From an uncultured Bacteroidota bacterium (GTDB taxonomy: Bacteria > Bacteroidota > Bacteroidia > Flavobacteriales > Flavobacteriaceae): DNA of 64,000 nt. The stretch lies in NCBI GenBank assembly GCA_902514615.1, contig CABXRG010000001.1, positions 13,834-77,833 on the forward strand, in the 5' to 3' direction. Positions 1 through 9,297 of this stretch are shown here, one piece after another; position 1 is the first letter of the stretch, and the number at the start of each line of letters is the position of its first letter. The notes under the pieces are model-generated. The model worked only from the letters and a program-made list of their open reading frames with translations, was not told the origin of the DNA and made no database searches. The position numbers and the translations under genes are program-made.

Positions 1-1
1 T

Positions 2-202
2 AACCTTATAGCAGCTTTACTTTTGACTGCTGATTGGACTGTTTTTCAAACTGAATCAATTTTAATTGATATATCTGAACCTAGTCTTGGTATAACAGAT
101 TGGATTTCACCTTTTATAGTATATCCTATACTTCTCGCCATTTTTGCAAAAAAATATTCTTGGACTAATTGGAAAGAAAAATTATTTTCAAAAACTAGAT
201 AA
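2..202 (+). CDS. C-terminal fragment of a hypothetical membrane protein (5' end outside window)
   Basis: Frame 2 is open from the window edge to TAA at 200-202 (...[34 protein letters not shown]). It has a hydrophobic stretch then a basic tail. It is not in the ORF track because no start codon lies in the window. It converges on the GNAT gene and overlaps it by 15 nt. Confidence 0.35.
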   Translation, partial: NLIAALLLTADWTVFQTESILIDISEPSLGITDWISPFIVYPILLAIFAKKYSWTNWKEKLFSKTR

Positions 203-658
203 TACCAATTCCATTTTTATATCACTCCTTTTGTAAGGCGTTTTTCCTTCTAAGTTTATTTTTTCAAACCCAAACTTATTGTATAAATGGATTGAATTTT
301 CAAGTACTGTATTAGAGTATAAAATTATTGATTTGTAGTTATTCTTTTTTGCAAACTCTATTGTAAATTGTATTAGTTGGTGTCCAATACCATTACCTCT
401 AAGTTTTTTCTTAACTGCCATTTTATTTAGCTCATAAACATCTTTTTCTCTTGGAATCAAAGCCATGGTTCCGACTACTTCTGAGTTATAGATTGCAAAA
501 AAAATATTACCTCCTTTATTGATTATTTCTTGTTTACAATTTTTGAGAACTATCTCATCATATTTCTCTACATAGAAATATTCATTTAGCCAGTCATAAT
601 TGAGTTCATAGAAGTAATTTGAATACTTATCTTGAAATGGAACTATATTAACCCTCAT
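188..658 (-). CDS. GNAT-family N-acetyltransferase
   Basis: 156 aa with an ATG start. Acetyl-CoA binding motif in [15 protein letters not shown] (R/Q-x-x-G-x-G/A) and a typical GNAT length. Overlaps the fumC stop by 11 nt. Confidence 0.8.
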   Translation of the reverse strand: MRVNIVPFQDKYSNYFYELNYDWLNEYFYVEKYDEIVLKNCKQEIINKGGNIFFAIYNSEVVGTMALIPREKDVYELNKMAVKKKLRGNGIGHQLIQFTIEFAKKNNYKSIILYSNTVLENSIHLYNKFGFEKINLEGKTPYKRSDIKMELVLSSF

Positions 659-2045
659 TATTTGTCATTCTGTCTGGATTGACATATTGATCAAATTCAT
701 CTTCTGTTAAATATCCAAGCTCAGTAGCTGCCTGTTTAAGAGTGCTTTCTTCATTATATGCTTTATTTGCAATTTCAGCAGCTTTGTAGTATCCTATTTT
801 TGAATTTAATGCAGTTACTAGCATTAGAGAGTCATTTAAGAATTTCTGTATTTTCTTAGTGTTTGGCTTTATGCCATCGATGCAGTTTTCAGAAAAACTA
901 AGAGCAGCATCACCTAATATTTTTGAAGATTCTATAATGTTAAAAGCAAAAAGTGGTTTAAAAACATTTAGCTCAAAATGACCATTAGCTCCAGCAAAAC
1001 TAACAGCTACATCATTTCCAATAATTTGAGCACAAACCATTGATATTGCTTCACACTGAGTAGGGTTTACCTTTCCTGGCATTATTGAACTACCAGGCTC
1101 GTTGGTAGGAAGTATTAATTCACCTATACCAGATCTAGGTCCAGAACCCATTAATCTTATGTCATTAGATATTTTATAAATAGAGGCTGCTACAGTTTTT
1201 AGAGCGCCATGCATTTCTACGATACAATCATGAGAAGCAATGCCCTCAAACTTATTTAAAGACTCTTTAAAAGATAGGCCTGAATTTTTAGAAATATACT
1301 CAACAACTTTACTTGAATAACCTTTTGGTGAATTAAGTCCTGTACCCACAGCTGTTCCTCCAATAGGAAGTTCACTTAAGTGATCTATAGCATTTTCAAT
1401 TGTATTAATTCCATGGTCAAGTTGAGAAACATAACCAGAAAATTCTTGACCAAGAGTTATTGGAGTAGCATCCATTAAATGTGTTCTACCAATTTTAACT
1501 ATCTTGTTAAACTCAATAGATTTTTTATCTAAACTATTTCTTAATTTTTTAAGATTTACAAGAGTGTTGTTAGAAATTATTTTCAAAGCTGCAATGTTTA
1601 TTGCAGTTGGAAATGTGTCATTTGAGGATTGTGAAAGATTGACATCATCATTAGGTGATAATGTTTTATCAGTTTCACCTAGTAACTTTCCTTCTATTAA
1701 ATGAGCTCTATTAGAAATTACCTCATTAATATTCATGTTAGTTTGAGTGCCTGATCCGGTTTGCCAGATTACTAATGGAAATTGCTCATCGTGTTTATTT
1801 TCAAGTATTTCATCACAAACTTTTTGAATAAGTTTAGATTTTTCACTTGTCAACACACCTAAGTCCTCATTTGCTTGAGCAGCAGATTTTTTAAGTATTG
1901 CATATGAATGAATTATTTCAATAGGCATTGATGAGGAGTTACCTATTTTAAAATTATTTCTTGATCTTTCTGTTTGGGCACCCCATAAGGAGTCTGCAGG
2001 GACTTTTACTTTCCCTAATGTATCTTTTTCAATTCTGTAGTCCAT
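648..2045 (-). CDS. fumC: Class II fumarate hydratase
   Basis: 465 aa. Fumarate-lyase signature [15 protein letters not shown] (GSxxMxxKxN). N-terminus [28 protein letters not shown] is typical of FumC. Confidence 0.97.
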   Translation of the reverse strand: MDYRIEKDTLGKVKVPADSLWGAQTERSRNNFKIGNSSSMPIEIIHSYAILKKSAAQANEDLGVLTSEKSKLIQKVCDEILENKHDEQFPLVIWQTGSGTQTNMNINEVISNRAHLIEGKLLGETDKTLSPNDDVNLSQSSNDTFPTAINIAALKIISNNTLVNLKKLRNSLDKKSIEFNKIVKIGRTHLMDATPITLGQEFSGYVSQLDHGINTIENAIDHLSELPIGGTAVGTGLNSPKGYSSKVVEYISKNSGLSFKESLNKFEGIASHDCIVEMHGALKTVAASIYKISNDIRLMGSGPRSGIGELILPTNEPGSSIMPGKVNPTQCEAISMVCAQIIGNDVAVSFAGANGHFELNVFKPLFAFNIIESSKILGDAALSFSENCIDGIKPNTKKIQKFLNDSLMLVTALNSKIGYYKAAEIANKAYNEESTLKQAATELGYLTEDEFDQYVNPDRMTNNEG

Positions 2046-2072
2046 GGCCTTTGTAATTTACTTAAAAAAAAT

Positions 2073-2080
2073 TACTTTTG
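2073..2080 (+). promoter_or_regulatory. Candidate Bacteroidota -7 promoter box (TACTTTTG) for the small ORF at 2099
   Basis: Exact TAnnTTTG match 18 nt upstream of the ATG at 2099. The motif is short and the genome is AT-rich, so a chance match is possible. Confidence 0.3.
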
Positions 2081-2091
2081 TTAAGCAATTA

Positions 2092-2099
2092 CAAATATA
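2092..2099 (-). promoter_or_regulatory. Candidate -7 promoter box (TATATTTG on minus strand) for fumC
   Basis: The reverse complement of caaatata is TATATTTG, lying 46 nt upstream of the fumC ATG (2045). Confidence 0.3.
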
Positions 2100-2257
2100 T
2101 GGAGTTTCAACAATACCTCGGATTTTTAGCTTTTTTAGCAATTTTTACACTTGGCTTTTGGCTAATGATTTTCTTAGCACTTGTTGCCCCTTATTGGGCG
2201 TCTTCATATGTGTTTCAAAAAATTAGAAATTTTGTAACAAAAAAGTTAAAATCTTAA
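2099..2257 (+). CDS. Small hydrophobic protein, 52 aa (below the 60-aa size of the smallest ORF in the track)
   Basis: ATG at 2099, TAA at 2255-2257. Translation: MEFQQYLGFLAFLAIFTLGFWLMIFLALVAPYWASSYVFQKIRNFVTKKLKS, a long hydrophobic core followed by a basic tail. It fills a 208-nt gap in a genome with almost no spacer DNA and has a TAnnTTTG box 18 nt upstream. Confidence 0.4.
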   Translation: MEFQQYLGFLAFLAIFTLGFWLMIFLALVAPYWASSYVFQKIRNFVTKKLKS

Positions 2258-4752
2258 TTAAAGATTGGCCCTTCATCACCTCCGCCATCACTAAAGTCTT
2301 GTTGATTATTTCGAGCTCTTTGCTTTCTTTTAGATTTATTTTCATTTATTCTGTAAGAGAAAGTTAATATAAGAGTTGGTTCTCTCCATTGACCTTCAGA
2401 TTCAGATATAAATGTTTCTCTTGTAGTTGTTGACCTCCACTTGCCTGTATTAAATAAATCAGAATACCTAAGTGAAATATTACCTTTTTTATCAAGAATA
2501 CTTTTTTGAATAGCAGCAGTAGTGAATCCAAATGCCTTTCTTTTAGAAAAAGCGTTTTCACTAGGCCCTCTAAGGAATCCGAAAAATTGTAGACTATAGT
2601 CCTTTGGAAGTCTAATAAATCCATTAAATCGTGCACTCCAATTTGTATCATCTGAATCAAAACTTTGATTTTCGAAAGTGCCTCTAATTTTAGAGGAATT
2701 TAATGTAAAACTTCCATTAATTCTAACTGATCTAGATGGAGTATAGGTTATACTTAGTTCAGATCCTAATCTTTTATTTGTTGACAGATTAATTGGATAA
2801 TACTCAAGTACTGGAACTTGAAGTACAGGATTATTAGTACCTGAATCTACAATTAAATTAACTAGGTCTCCAGTTTCTTGTTGAATTCTTTCAACGTTGC
2901 CGTCAGATTGTCTGTAAAATACAGCAGTATTGATCGTAACTTTTTTAAATCGTTTTAAGTAATCTATTTCATAAGCGGACGTAAATGTTGGATCTAAGAA
3001 TGGATTACCTCTTCTGTAAGATGTTATAGAGTTTCTTCTTGGAAAAGGGTTTATATCCCATCCTCTTGGTCTTCTTACCCTTTTACTAAAACCAAAAGTT
3101 AAAGATTCTAATTCTGAAATTTCATATGCTAGATTAACAGTTGGAAATAAATCTGAATATTTTTTTACTTCAAATTGATTTGTAGTTCTTTGGTCAATTT
3201 CTTGTTTTGAATTCTCATATCTAAGACCTAGAAGTACAGAGATTGAATTAATTTTCTTTCCAAATTGTGAGTAGAAGGAATTTATATTTTCTGTATACTT
3301 AAAAATATTAGATAATCCCGGATCTGATTGATAAGATCCGCCATCCAGAAATGAAACATCAAAGTCAGTTTCTCTGTCTAAAAATCTACCTCTATAACCA
3401 AACTCTAGTTCAGTATTTTCATCTATTGGATAAACATAATCAACTTGAGCTAGTAACCTGTTCTGAAAATCAATATTAGTAGTTCTTTCAAAAGATGATG
3501 CTGAAACAAAAGGTATAGTAGAGTAATCTTCAATATTGTCAACCGAGTTTTCATCATTCTCTTCATATGATATTTTAGCGCTTAATGTATGACCATCTTT
3601 ATCAAAATCTTTATAAAAATCTAATGAATATTCAAAAGATTCTTCTAATTCTTCATCATTGGCTATTCTCTCATTTGAAGATACAATATTGATGTTGGTT
3701 ATATCGTTAACTATATTTTTTGAATAACCTAAGTCATCTCCTTTTCTATAAAATCCACTTAAAGAAAGGGATGTATCATCATCAAAGTAATACTCAACCC
3801 CTAAATTAAGAAACGTGTTTTTTCTATTGGAACTGCTATTTGTGTTATTATCAATTTTTAGGTTATTGGTAAAATATTCAGTGTTTCCAATAAAACTCCC
3901 GTTATTTTCAGAATCTTTTATTGAAGTTGTACTAAAGATATTTATTTTATTATTTCTAAGGTTGAATGTTCCTGAAGCACCAGTATTTTTAGGTTCACCG
4001 ACATTTAAATTTACATTACCATTGAAACCCAAAAGATCCTGCTTTTTAAGTATAATGTTAAGAATACCTGCTGTTCCTTCTGCAGAGTATCTAGCAGAGG
4101 GTGAGGTTACTACTTCAACTTTTTCTATTGATTCAGATGGAATTGATCTCAATCCTTGAGGTCCAGATAAGCCAACTAAACCAGAAGGTTTACCATTAAT
4201 TAATATTTTAACATTATTATTTCCTCTTAACGATATATTACCATCAAAATCTACATCAATTGACGGAATGTTAGCTAGCACATCTGAAACGTTACCACCT
4301 CTCACAGTTATATCTTGACCTACATTATATATTTTTTTATCTAACCTGACTTCAACCTGAGTTCTTTCTGCTCTGACTTCAACTTCATCTAGCATTGATA
4401 CATCAAGGTTTAATGCTTTATTTCCAATGTCTGTATTTCCTTTGACTAAAAAATTATCATCTATATAGGACTCAAAAGATATGTAGTCAATTTTTAAATT
4501 ATACATACCTGGTTTAGCTTCAAGAGAAAATTTACCATCCTCTCCAGTAATAGCTCCTAAAACAGTGGCTGAATCTCTTTTGCTAGTTAAAGTTATAGTA
4601 GCGTACTCAAGAGGTACTTCAGTTTCAGAATCAGTAACAGATCCAGTAACAGTGAATGTAAGATTTGCATATTGTTGATAGTTACCAGCAGGTTGTTGTG
4701 AAAACGAAAATGTTGATATAACTAAAAGTAGGTTGAAGTAGATTTTATTCAT
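2254..4752 (-). CDS. TonB-dependent receptor / outer-membrane beta-barrel protein with N-terminal CarboxypepD_reg-like domain
   Basis: The track ORF starts at a TTG (4806). I use the ATG at 4752, which gives a signal peptide (MNKIYFNLLLVISTFSFSQQ). It has a carboxypeptidase-regulatory-like beta-sandwich, a plug region (NVSDVLANIPSIDVDFDGNISLRGNNNVKILINGKPSG) and a long beta-barrel. No SusD-like partner gene follows. Confidence 0.85.
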   Translation of the reverse strand: MNKIYFNLLLVISTFSFSQQPAGNYQQYANLTFTVTGSVTDSETEVPLEYATITLTSKRDSATVLGAITGEDGKFSLEAKPGMYNLKIDYISFESYIDDNFLVKGNTDIGNKALNLDVSMLDEVEVRAERTQVEVRLDKKIYNVGQDITVRGGNVSDVLANIPSIDVDFDGNISLRGNNNVKILINGKPSGLVGLSGPQGLRSIPSESIEKVEVVTSPSARYSAEGTAGILNIILKKQDLLGFNGNVNLNVGEPKNTGASGTFNLRNNKINIFSTTSIKDSENNGSFIGNTEYFTNNLKIDNNTNSSSNRKNTFLNLGVEYYFDDDTSLSLSGFYRKGDDLGYSKNIVNDITNINIVSSNERIANDEELEESFEYSLDFYKDFDKDGHTLSAKISYEENDENSVDNIEDYSTIPFVSASSFERTTNIDFQNRLLAQVDYVYPIDENTELEFGYRGRFLDRETDFDVSFLDGGSYQSDPGLSNIFKYTENINSFYSQFGKKINSISVLLGLRYENSKQEIDQRTTNQFEVKKYSDLFPTVNLAYEISELESLTFGFSKRVRRPRGWDINPFPRRNSITSYRRGNPFLDPTFTSAYEIDYLKRFKKVTINTAVFYRQSDGNVERIQQETGDLVNLIVDSGTNNPVLQVPVLEYYPINLSTNKRLGSELSITYTPSRSVRINGSFTLNSSKIRGTFENQSFDSDDTNWSARFNGFIRLPKDYSLQFFGFLRGPSENAFSKRKAFGFTTAAIQKSILDKKGNISLRYSDLFNTGKWRSTTTRETFISESEGQWREPTLILTFSYRINENKSKRKQRARNNQQDFSDGGGDEGPIFN

Positions 4753-4771
4753 AGTAGATTGATTGGTTTGG

Positions 4772-4779
4772 CAAATATA
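4772..4779 (-). promoter_or_regulatory. Candidate -7 promoter box (TATATTTG) for the TonB-dependent receptor
   Basis: Exact TAnnTTTG on the minus strand, 19 nt upstream of the ATG at 4752. Confidence 0.35.
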
Positions 4780-4823
4780 TTTTTTATAATTCGAAAGAAA
4801 ACACAAGGATTTGTTAAAAGATT

Positions 4824-5243
4824 TTAATCATTTTTCTTAGATTTCTTTCTCCCTTTTTTAATTAATGTTTTTTGATATGATGATAATGTATTATAGAATG
4901 TTTTTCGTATAGTATCAATTCTTCTTTCAAATCCTTTAAGTCTCTTTTTTTGATCCTCAGTTAAGGATTTCATTAAATTATGTCTTCTTTCCCTGTATGA
5001 CACTGAGCTATCTTGAATAATTTTTTCTTGTATGTCAGTAATGGTCTCCTTTAAATAATCATGATGACGTTTCCATAACTTTTTTTCTTTTTCAAATAAT
5101 TCTTTTTGTTTTTCAGAAAAACTTTCAATCAATTCTTTTTTAAACCCTCGATGATATCTATCTATTTCTTGACCTATTGAAACATTAGTTGTTATAAGAA
5201 CTAGAGTTAGAATTAATATAAACCTAGGTGTTTTACTCATCAT
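4824..5243 (-). CDS. Exported helical protein with LTXXQ-like repeats (Spy/CpxP/ZraP-like periplasmic stress protein)
   Basis: Start chosen at the ATG at 5243 (MMSKTPRFILILTLVLITTNVSIGQ is a signal peptide). Repeated motifs are FSEKQKELF, ITDIQEKII, LTEDQKKRL and LSSYQKTLI. The protein is highly charged and helical and lies downstream of the ECF sigma. Confidence 0.55.
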   Translation of the reverse strand: MMSKTPRFILILTLVLITTNVSIGQEIDRYHRGFKKELIESFSEKQKELFEKEKKLWKRHHDYLKETITDIQEKIIQDSSVSYRERRHNLMKSLTEDQKKRLKGFERRIDTIRKTFYNTLSSYQKTLIKKGRKKSKKND

Positions 5244-5271
5244 ATATAGGAACTTTAGAATCATGAAAAGT

Positions 5272-5601
5272 TTATTTAGGTATATTAATTTCATTTACCA
5301 CTACTTGTGAAGTAAGAAAATCAATTATATATTCATCTGTAATATCACTATTTGAGAGGATAGTTGATATAATTGGTGAATCTGTTCTAAATTCATTTAT
5401 TTCCAAACTATTATTTGGAAAATTCATGTAAAGTAAAGATGTTATAAAAATAGCAGCAACTAATAATTGAAAGTATGAGCTACTTTTTTCTGTAGCTAAT
5501 ATGTTTTCATTATTAAAATTTGATGCTAAAATTTCATTTTTGGACTTTTGAAAATAGTTTTTAGGTGTTTTAAAACCTAGTTTTTTATAGTGCTGACTCA
5601 T
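5272..5601 (-). CDS. Single-pass membrane protein, possible anti-sigma factor
   Basis: 109 aa with one TM segment (YFQLLVAAIFITSLLYMNF). Its ATG overlaps the stop of the ECF sigma gene by 17 nt. No zinc-binding anti-sigma motif is present, so the function is positional inference only. Confidence 0.4.
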   Translation of the reverse strand: MSQHYKKLGFKTPKNYFQKSKNEILASNFNNENILATEKSSSYFQLLVAAIFITSLLYMNFPNNSLEINEFRTDSPIISTILSNSDITDEYIIDFLTSQVVVNEINIPK

Positions 5602-6130
5602 TTATTTCTTTTTTAATTTTTCTTTCAACTAAATAGTAAGTCGATTTAATTGTGTTAATATTTATACCTGTTATTTTTGATATTTCAGTAAACTTAAGTT
5701 CATCAAAATATTTCATATTGAATATGTTTCTTTGTCTTAAGGTTAATTCTGATAAAATTTGATGAAATTTTAAGGATAGATTTTCTGCATCAAAATAAAC
5801 ATCTGCATATAATTTTCTAGAATAGTTATCATCATTTGAATCAAGCTCTACTCTCTTAAGCTTAGATTCATTAGCTAAAAATCTAATACTTTCATTATAA
5901 GCAATTCTATAAATCCAAGTAGAAAGTTTACTTTTTTCTTTAAATCTTTCTATTCCTTTAAATATTCTAACATATGTCTCTTGAAGAACATCATTTGCTG
6001 AATCGTGAGATAATACCATTTTTCTTATCATCCAATAAGTTTTTTCATGATATAAATCTACTAGAAGTTTAAAACCCTCATTCTTAGAACTTGGATTCTT
6101 TAAAAGTTTAATCAACGCACCTTCTTTCAA
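5585..6130 (-). CDS. ECF-type RNA polymerase sigma-70 family factor
   Basis: 181 aa with a TTG start. Region 2 is DVLQETYVRIFKGIERFKEKSKLSTWIYRIAYNESIRFL. Region 4 helix-turn-helix is LRQRNIFNMKYFDELKFTEISKITGININTIKSTYYLVERKI. Confidence 0.85.
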   Translation of the reverse strand: MKEGALIKLLKNPSSKNEGFKLLVDLYHEKTYWMIRKMVLSHDSANDVLQETYVRIFKGIERFKEKSKLSTWIYRIAYNESIRFLANESKLKRVELDSNDDNYSRKLYADVYFDAENLSLKFHQILSELTLRQRNIFNMKYFDELKFTEISKITGININTIKSTYYLVERKIKKEINESAL

Positions 6131-6190
6131 TCTATATTTTTATTTTAGACCTGAAAAATAAGATAAAGTTGAGGTAGAGTAGGTGGGGGG

Positions 6191-6535
6191 TTATTTTAGA
6201 GATTTAATAATCGCCTCAAATGCATTTGGATTGTTCATAGCTAAGTCAGCTAAAACCTTTCTATTGAGTGAGATTTTATTAGACTTAAGTTTAAACATAA
6301 ATTCATTATAGGATAAACCATGTTGGTGTGCTGCTGCATTTATTCTCATTACCCATAGAGATCTAAAATTTCTTTTCTTAGTCTTTCTATCTCTGTAGGC
6401 ATACTGAAGTGCTTTCTCAACAGCATTTTTAGCTACTGTCCAAACATTTTTTCTTCTTCCAAAGTATCCTTTGGCTTGTTTAATTATTTTTTTTCTTCTT
6501 GCTCTAGAAGCAACTGAATTTACTGATCTTGGCAT
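6191..6535 (-). CDS. rplT: 50S ribosomal protein L20
   Basis: 114 aa. [30 protein letters not shown]... is typical of L20. Last gene of the thrS-infC-rpmI-rplT array. Confidence 0.97.
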   Translation of the reverse strand: MPRSVNSVASRARRKKIIKQAKGYFGRRKNVWTVAKNAVEKALQYAYRDRKTKKRNFRSLWVMRINAAAHQHGLSYNEFMFKLKSNKISLNRKVLADLAMNNPNAFEAIIKSLK

Positions 6536-6542
6536 AGCTAAT

Positions 6543-6740
6543 TTATTTTAATCTTAATTGTCTTTTAATACTGTTTTCATCACTTGCATGAACGAGTCCA
6601 AAGTGAGTTAGCTTTAGTTTTCTCTTTTTTGATTTCTTTGTCAAAATATGATTTTTAAAAGCATGTTTTCTTTTAATTTTTCCAGAACCGGTTACTTTGA
6701 ACCTTTTTTTAGCACTGGATTTAGTTTTCATTTTAGGCAT
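6543..6740 (-). CDS. rpmI: 50S ribosomal protein L35
   Basis: 65 aa and very basic. [36 protein letters not shown] is typical of L35. Confidence 0.95.
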   Translation of the reverse strand: MPKMKTKSSAKKRFKVTGSGKIKRKHAFKNHILTKKSKKRKLKLTHFGLVHASDENSIKRQLRLK

Positions 6741-6753
6741 AGTTCCTTTTTAT

Positions 6754-7311
6754 TTAATTCTTTTTTGGCATTATGAACATAATCATTCTTTTTCCTTCTA
6801 GCTGAGGTAATTGCTCAACTGTTCCAAGTCCTTCTAGGTCTTGAGCTAATCTAAGTAGCAAAATTTGACCTTGTTCTTTAAATATGATCGATCTTCCTTT
6901 AAAAAATACAAATGCTTTTAACTTAGCACCTTCCTTTAAAAATTTCTCTGCATGTTTCTTTTTAAACTGATAATCATGTTCATCAGTTTGAGGTCCAAAC
7001 CTAATTTCTTTTACAACTATTTTTGTCGCCTTAGATTTTAGCGCTTTGTCCCTTTTTTTCTGTTCATACAAGAACTTCTTGTATTCTAGAATTTTACATA
7101 CAGGAGGAGAAGCTTTTGGAGATATTTCAACTAAATCTAGTTCTAGATTTCTTGCCATTCTGAGCGCCTCACTAGTAGAATATACTCCTACATCTACATT
7201 ATCACCAACAAGTCTAACTTCAAGAGCTGTTATCCTTGTGTTGATTTTATGAGGATCTTCTTTTATTACTCTGCTGAATCTCCTATTCGATCTTCTTCTT
7301 CTTATTGCTAT
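6754..7311 (-). CDS. infC: Translation initiation factor IF-3 (non-AUG start, probably ATA)
   Basis: The track ORF (from the ATG at 7158) lacks the IF-3 N-terminal domain. The same frame stays open upstream to 7326 and encodes (I)[63 protein letters not shown]..., which is clearly IF-3 N-domain. There is no in-frame ATG/GTG/TTG there. ATA codons lie at 7311, 7305 and 7266. Confidence 0.88.
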   Translation of the reverse strand: MAIRRRRSNRRFSRVIKEDPHKINTRITALEVRLVGDNVDVGVYSTSEALRMARNLELDLVEISPKASPPVCKILEYKKFLYEQKKRDKALKSKATKIVVKEIRFGPQTDEHDYQFKKKHAEKFLKEGAKLKAFVFFKGRSIIFKEQGQILLLRLAQDLEGLGTVEQLPQLEGKRMIMFIMPKKN

Positions 7312-7322
7312 AACTACTTTTT

Positions 7323-9272
7323 TTAATTAATATTAAATTTTGGGATACAATCCGAAATTTCTTTCTTAATTATATCAATAAATTTTTCAATTTCCATTTC
7401 ACCTAAATCATCTCCATGATGTCTTCTAATTGAAATAGTATTGTTGTTAACTTCATTTTCACCAACAACAATCATAAAGGGAATCTTATTTATCTCAGAT
7501 TCTCTTATTTTTTTTCCAACAGTCTCATTTCTATCATCTAAGTGGGCGCGAATTTCGTGATTTTCTAAGATATTTAAAACTTTTTCGCCATAATTTTTAA
7601 AGTTCTCGCTAACAATTAGTATTTCCACCTGTATAGTAGTTAACCATAATGGGAAAACACCTCCAGTATGTTCAAGAAGAATTGCCACAAATCTCTCCAT
7701 ACTTCCAAAAGGTGCTCTATGAAGCATAACTGGTCTTAGATCTTCGTTATTGCTACCTTTATATGTAAGTTCAAATCTTTCAGGAAGATTATAGTCTACT
7801 TGAATTGTGCCTAATTGCCAGCTTCTTCCCAATGCGTCTTTCACCATAAAATCAAGTTTTGGACCATAAAATGCAGCTTCTCCATATTCAACTTTAAAGT
7901 TGAGATCTTTTTCTTTTGCAGCATTTAAAATTGCTTTTTCAGCTATATCCCAATTTTCGTTAGATCCTATGTATTTTTCAGGATTGTTAGGGTCTCTAAG
8001 TGAAACTTGAGCGTAGAAGTCACTAAATCCAAGAGATTTAAACACATAAAGTACCAAGTCAATAGTATTTTTAAATTCCGAATCTACTTGTTCAGGTGCA
8101 CAAAAAATATGAGCATCATCAACTGTAAATCCTCTTACTCTGCTTAAACCATGAAGTTCACCACTCTGTTCATATCTATATACGGTTCCAAATTCAGCTA
8201 GTCTAAGAGGAAGATCTCTGTAGCTCAATGGCTTAGAATTGAAAATTTCACAATGATGAGGACAATTCATGGGCTTGAGCATAAAAATCTCATTTTCATT
8301 TGGAGTGTGAATTGGTTGAAAACTATCTTCCCCATATTTTTCAAAATGTCCAGAGGTAACATATAACTCTTTGGATCCTATATGAGGTGATATAACTTTT
8401 TTATAACCAGCTTTTTTTTGAGCATCTTCTAAAAAGTTTTGAAGACGATCTCTTAATTCAGTTCCTTTTGGTAGCCAAAGTGGGAGACCCTGTCCAACTT
8501 TACTTGAGAATGTAAAGAGCTCCAACTCTTTACCAAGTTTTCTGTGATCTCTTTCCTTTGCTTTCTCAATTAAATCAAGATATTCAGTCAGAAACTTTTG
8601 TTTTGGGAAAGATATACCATAAACTCTAGTAAGTTGATTATTGTTTTCATCTCCTCTCCAGTATGCTCCTGCTATATTTAGAAGTTTCACTGCCTTAACA
8701 ATACCTGTAGATGGAATGTGTCCCCCTCGACATAAATCACTGAAATCAGAATGATCACAAAATGTAATAGTTCCATCATCAAGATCTTGAATTAATTCAA
8801 CTTTGTACTGGTTGTCTTCTTTTTTATAAAATTCAAGTGCATCATCTTTTGAGATTGATTTCATTTTAAATTGGCTATCTGTTCTTGCAAATTCAAGAAA
8901 TTTTGCTTCAATTTTTTGAAAATCATTTTCTGAAATACTTTCACCGTCAAAGTCTACATCGTAATAAAAACCATTTTCAATAGAAGGTCCGATAGTTAAT
9001 TTAGATTTTGGATAGAAAAATTTTATTGTTTGAGCTAGAATATGAGCAGAAGAATGCCAAAATGCTTGCTTGCCCTCATCATCATCCCAAGTATAAAATT
9101 TTATATTGCCATCAACAAGTAATTCAGACTGAAGTTCACAAGTTTCTTTATTATAGGATGCTGAAATTACCTTTCTAGCTAATCCCTCACTAATGCTCTT
9201 TGCTACATCAATAACTTTAGTTCCTTTTTCGAACTTTTTAATTGAATTGTCTGGAAAAATTATACTAATCAT
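7323..9272 (-). CDS. thrS: Threonine--tRNA ligase
   Basis: 649 aa with an N-terminal TGS-like domain, a class II core ([14 protein letters not shown]) and a C-terminal anticodon-binding domain. It heads the conserved thrS-infC-rpmI-rplT array. Confidence 0.97.
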   Translation of the reverse strand: MISIIFPDNSIKKFEKGTKVIDVAKSISEGLARKVISASYNKETCELQSELLVDGNIKFYTWDDDEGKQAFWHSSAHILAQTIKFFYPKSKLTIGPSIENGFYYDVDFDGESISENDFQKIEAKFLEFARTDSQFKMKSISKDDALEFYKKEDNQYKVELIQDLDDGTITFCDHSDFSDLCRGGHIPSTGIVKAVKLLNIAGAYWRGDENNNQLTRVYGISFPKQKFLTEYLDLIEKAKERDHRKLGKELELFTFSSKVGQGLPLWLPKGTELRDRLQNFLEDAQKKAGYKKVISPHIGSKELYVTSGHFEKYGEDSFQPIHTPNENEIFMLKPMNCPHHCEIFNSKPLSYRDLPLRLAEFGTVYRYEQSGELHGLSRVRGFTVDDAHIFCAPEQVDSEFKNTIDLVLYVFKSLGFSDFYAQVSLRDPNNPEKYIGSNENWDIAEKAILNAAKEKDLNFKVEYGEAAFYGPKLDFMVKDALGRSWQLGTIQVDYNLPERFELTYKGSNNEDLRPVMLHRAPFGSMERFVAILLEHTGGVFPLWLTTIQVEILIVSENFKNYGEKVLNILENHEIRAHLDDRNETVGKKIRESEINKIPFMIVVGENEVNNNTISIRRHHGDDLGEMEIEKFIDIIKKEISDCIPKFNIN

Positions 9273-9297
9273 AACTTACTTTGAAATCAAAAATAAT

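Noticed and set aside
2044-2226. Track ORF of 60 aa on the plus strand in the fumC/receptor gap.
   Set aside because: Its ATG overlaps the fumC start codon region, and the sequence ([21 protein letters not shown]...) has no coherent architecture. The alternative frame from 2099 gives a cleaner small membrane protein with a correctly spaced promoter box, so I report that one instead. Both remain unproven.
2254-6130. A FecI/FecR/FecA-type trans-envelope signalling unit (ECF sigma, anti-sigma and TonB transducer).
   Set aside because: The middle protein is far too small (109 aa) and lacks a FecR-like periplasmic domain. The receptor N-terminus is a CarboxypepD_reg domain followed by the plug, with no STN signalling domain that I can recognise. 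The receptor also has its own promoter box.
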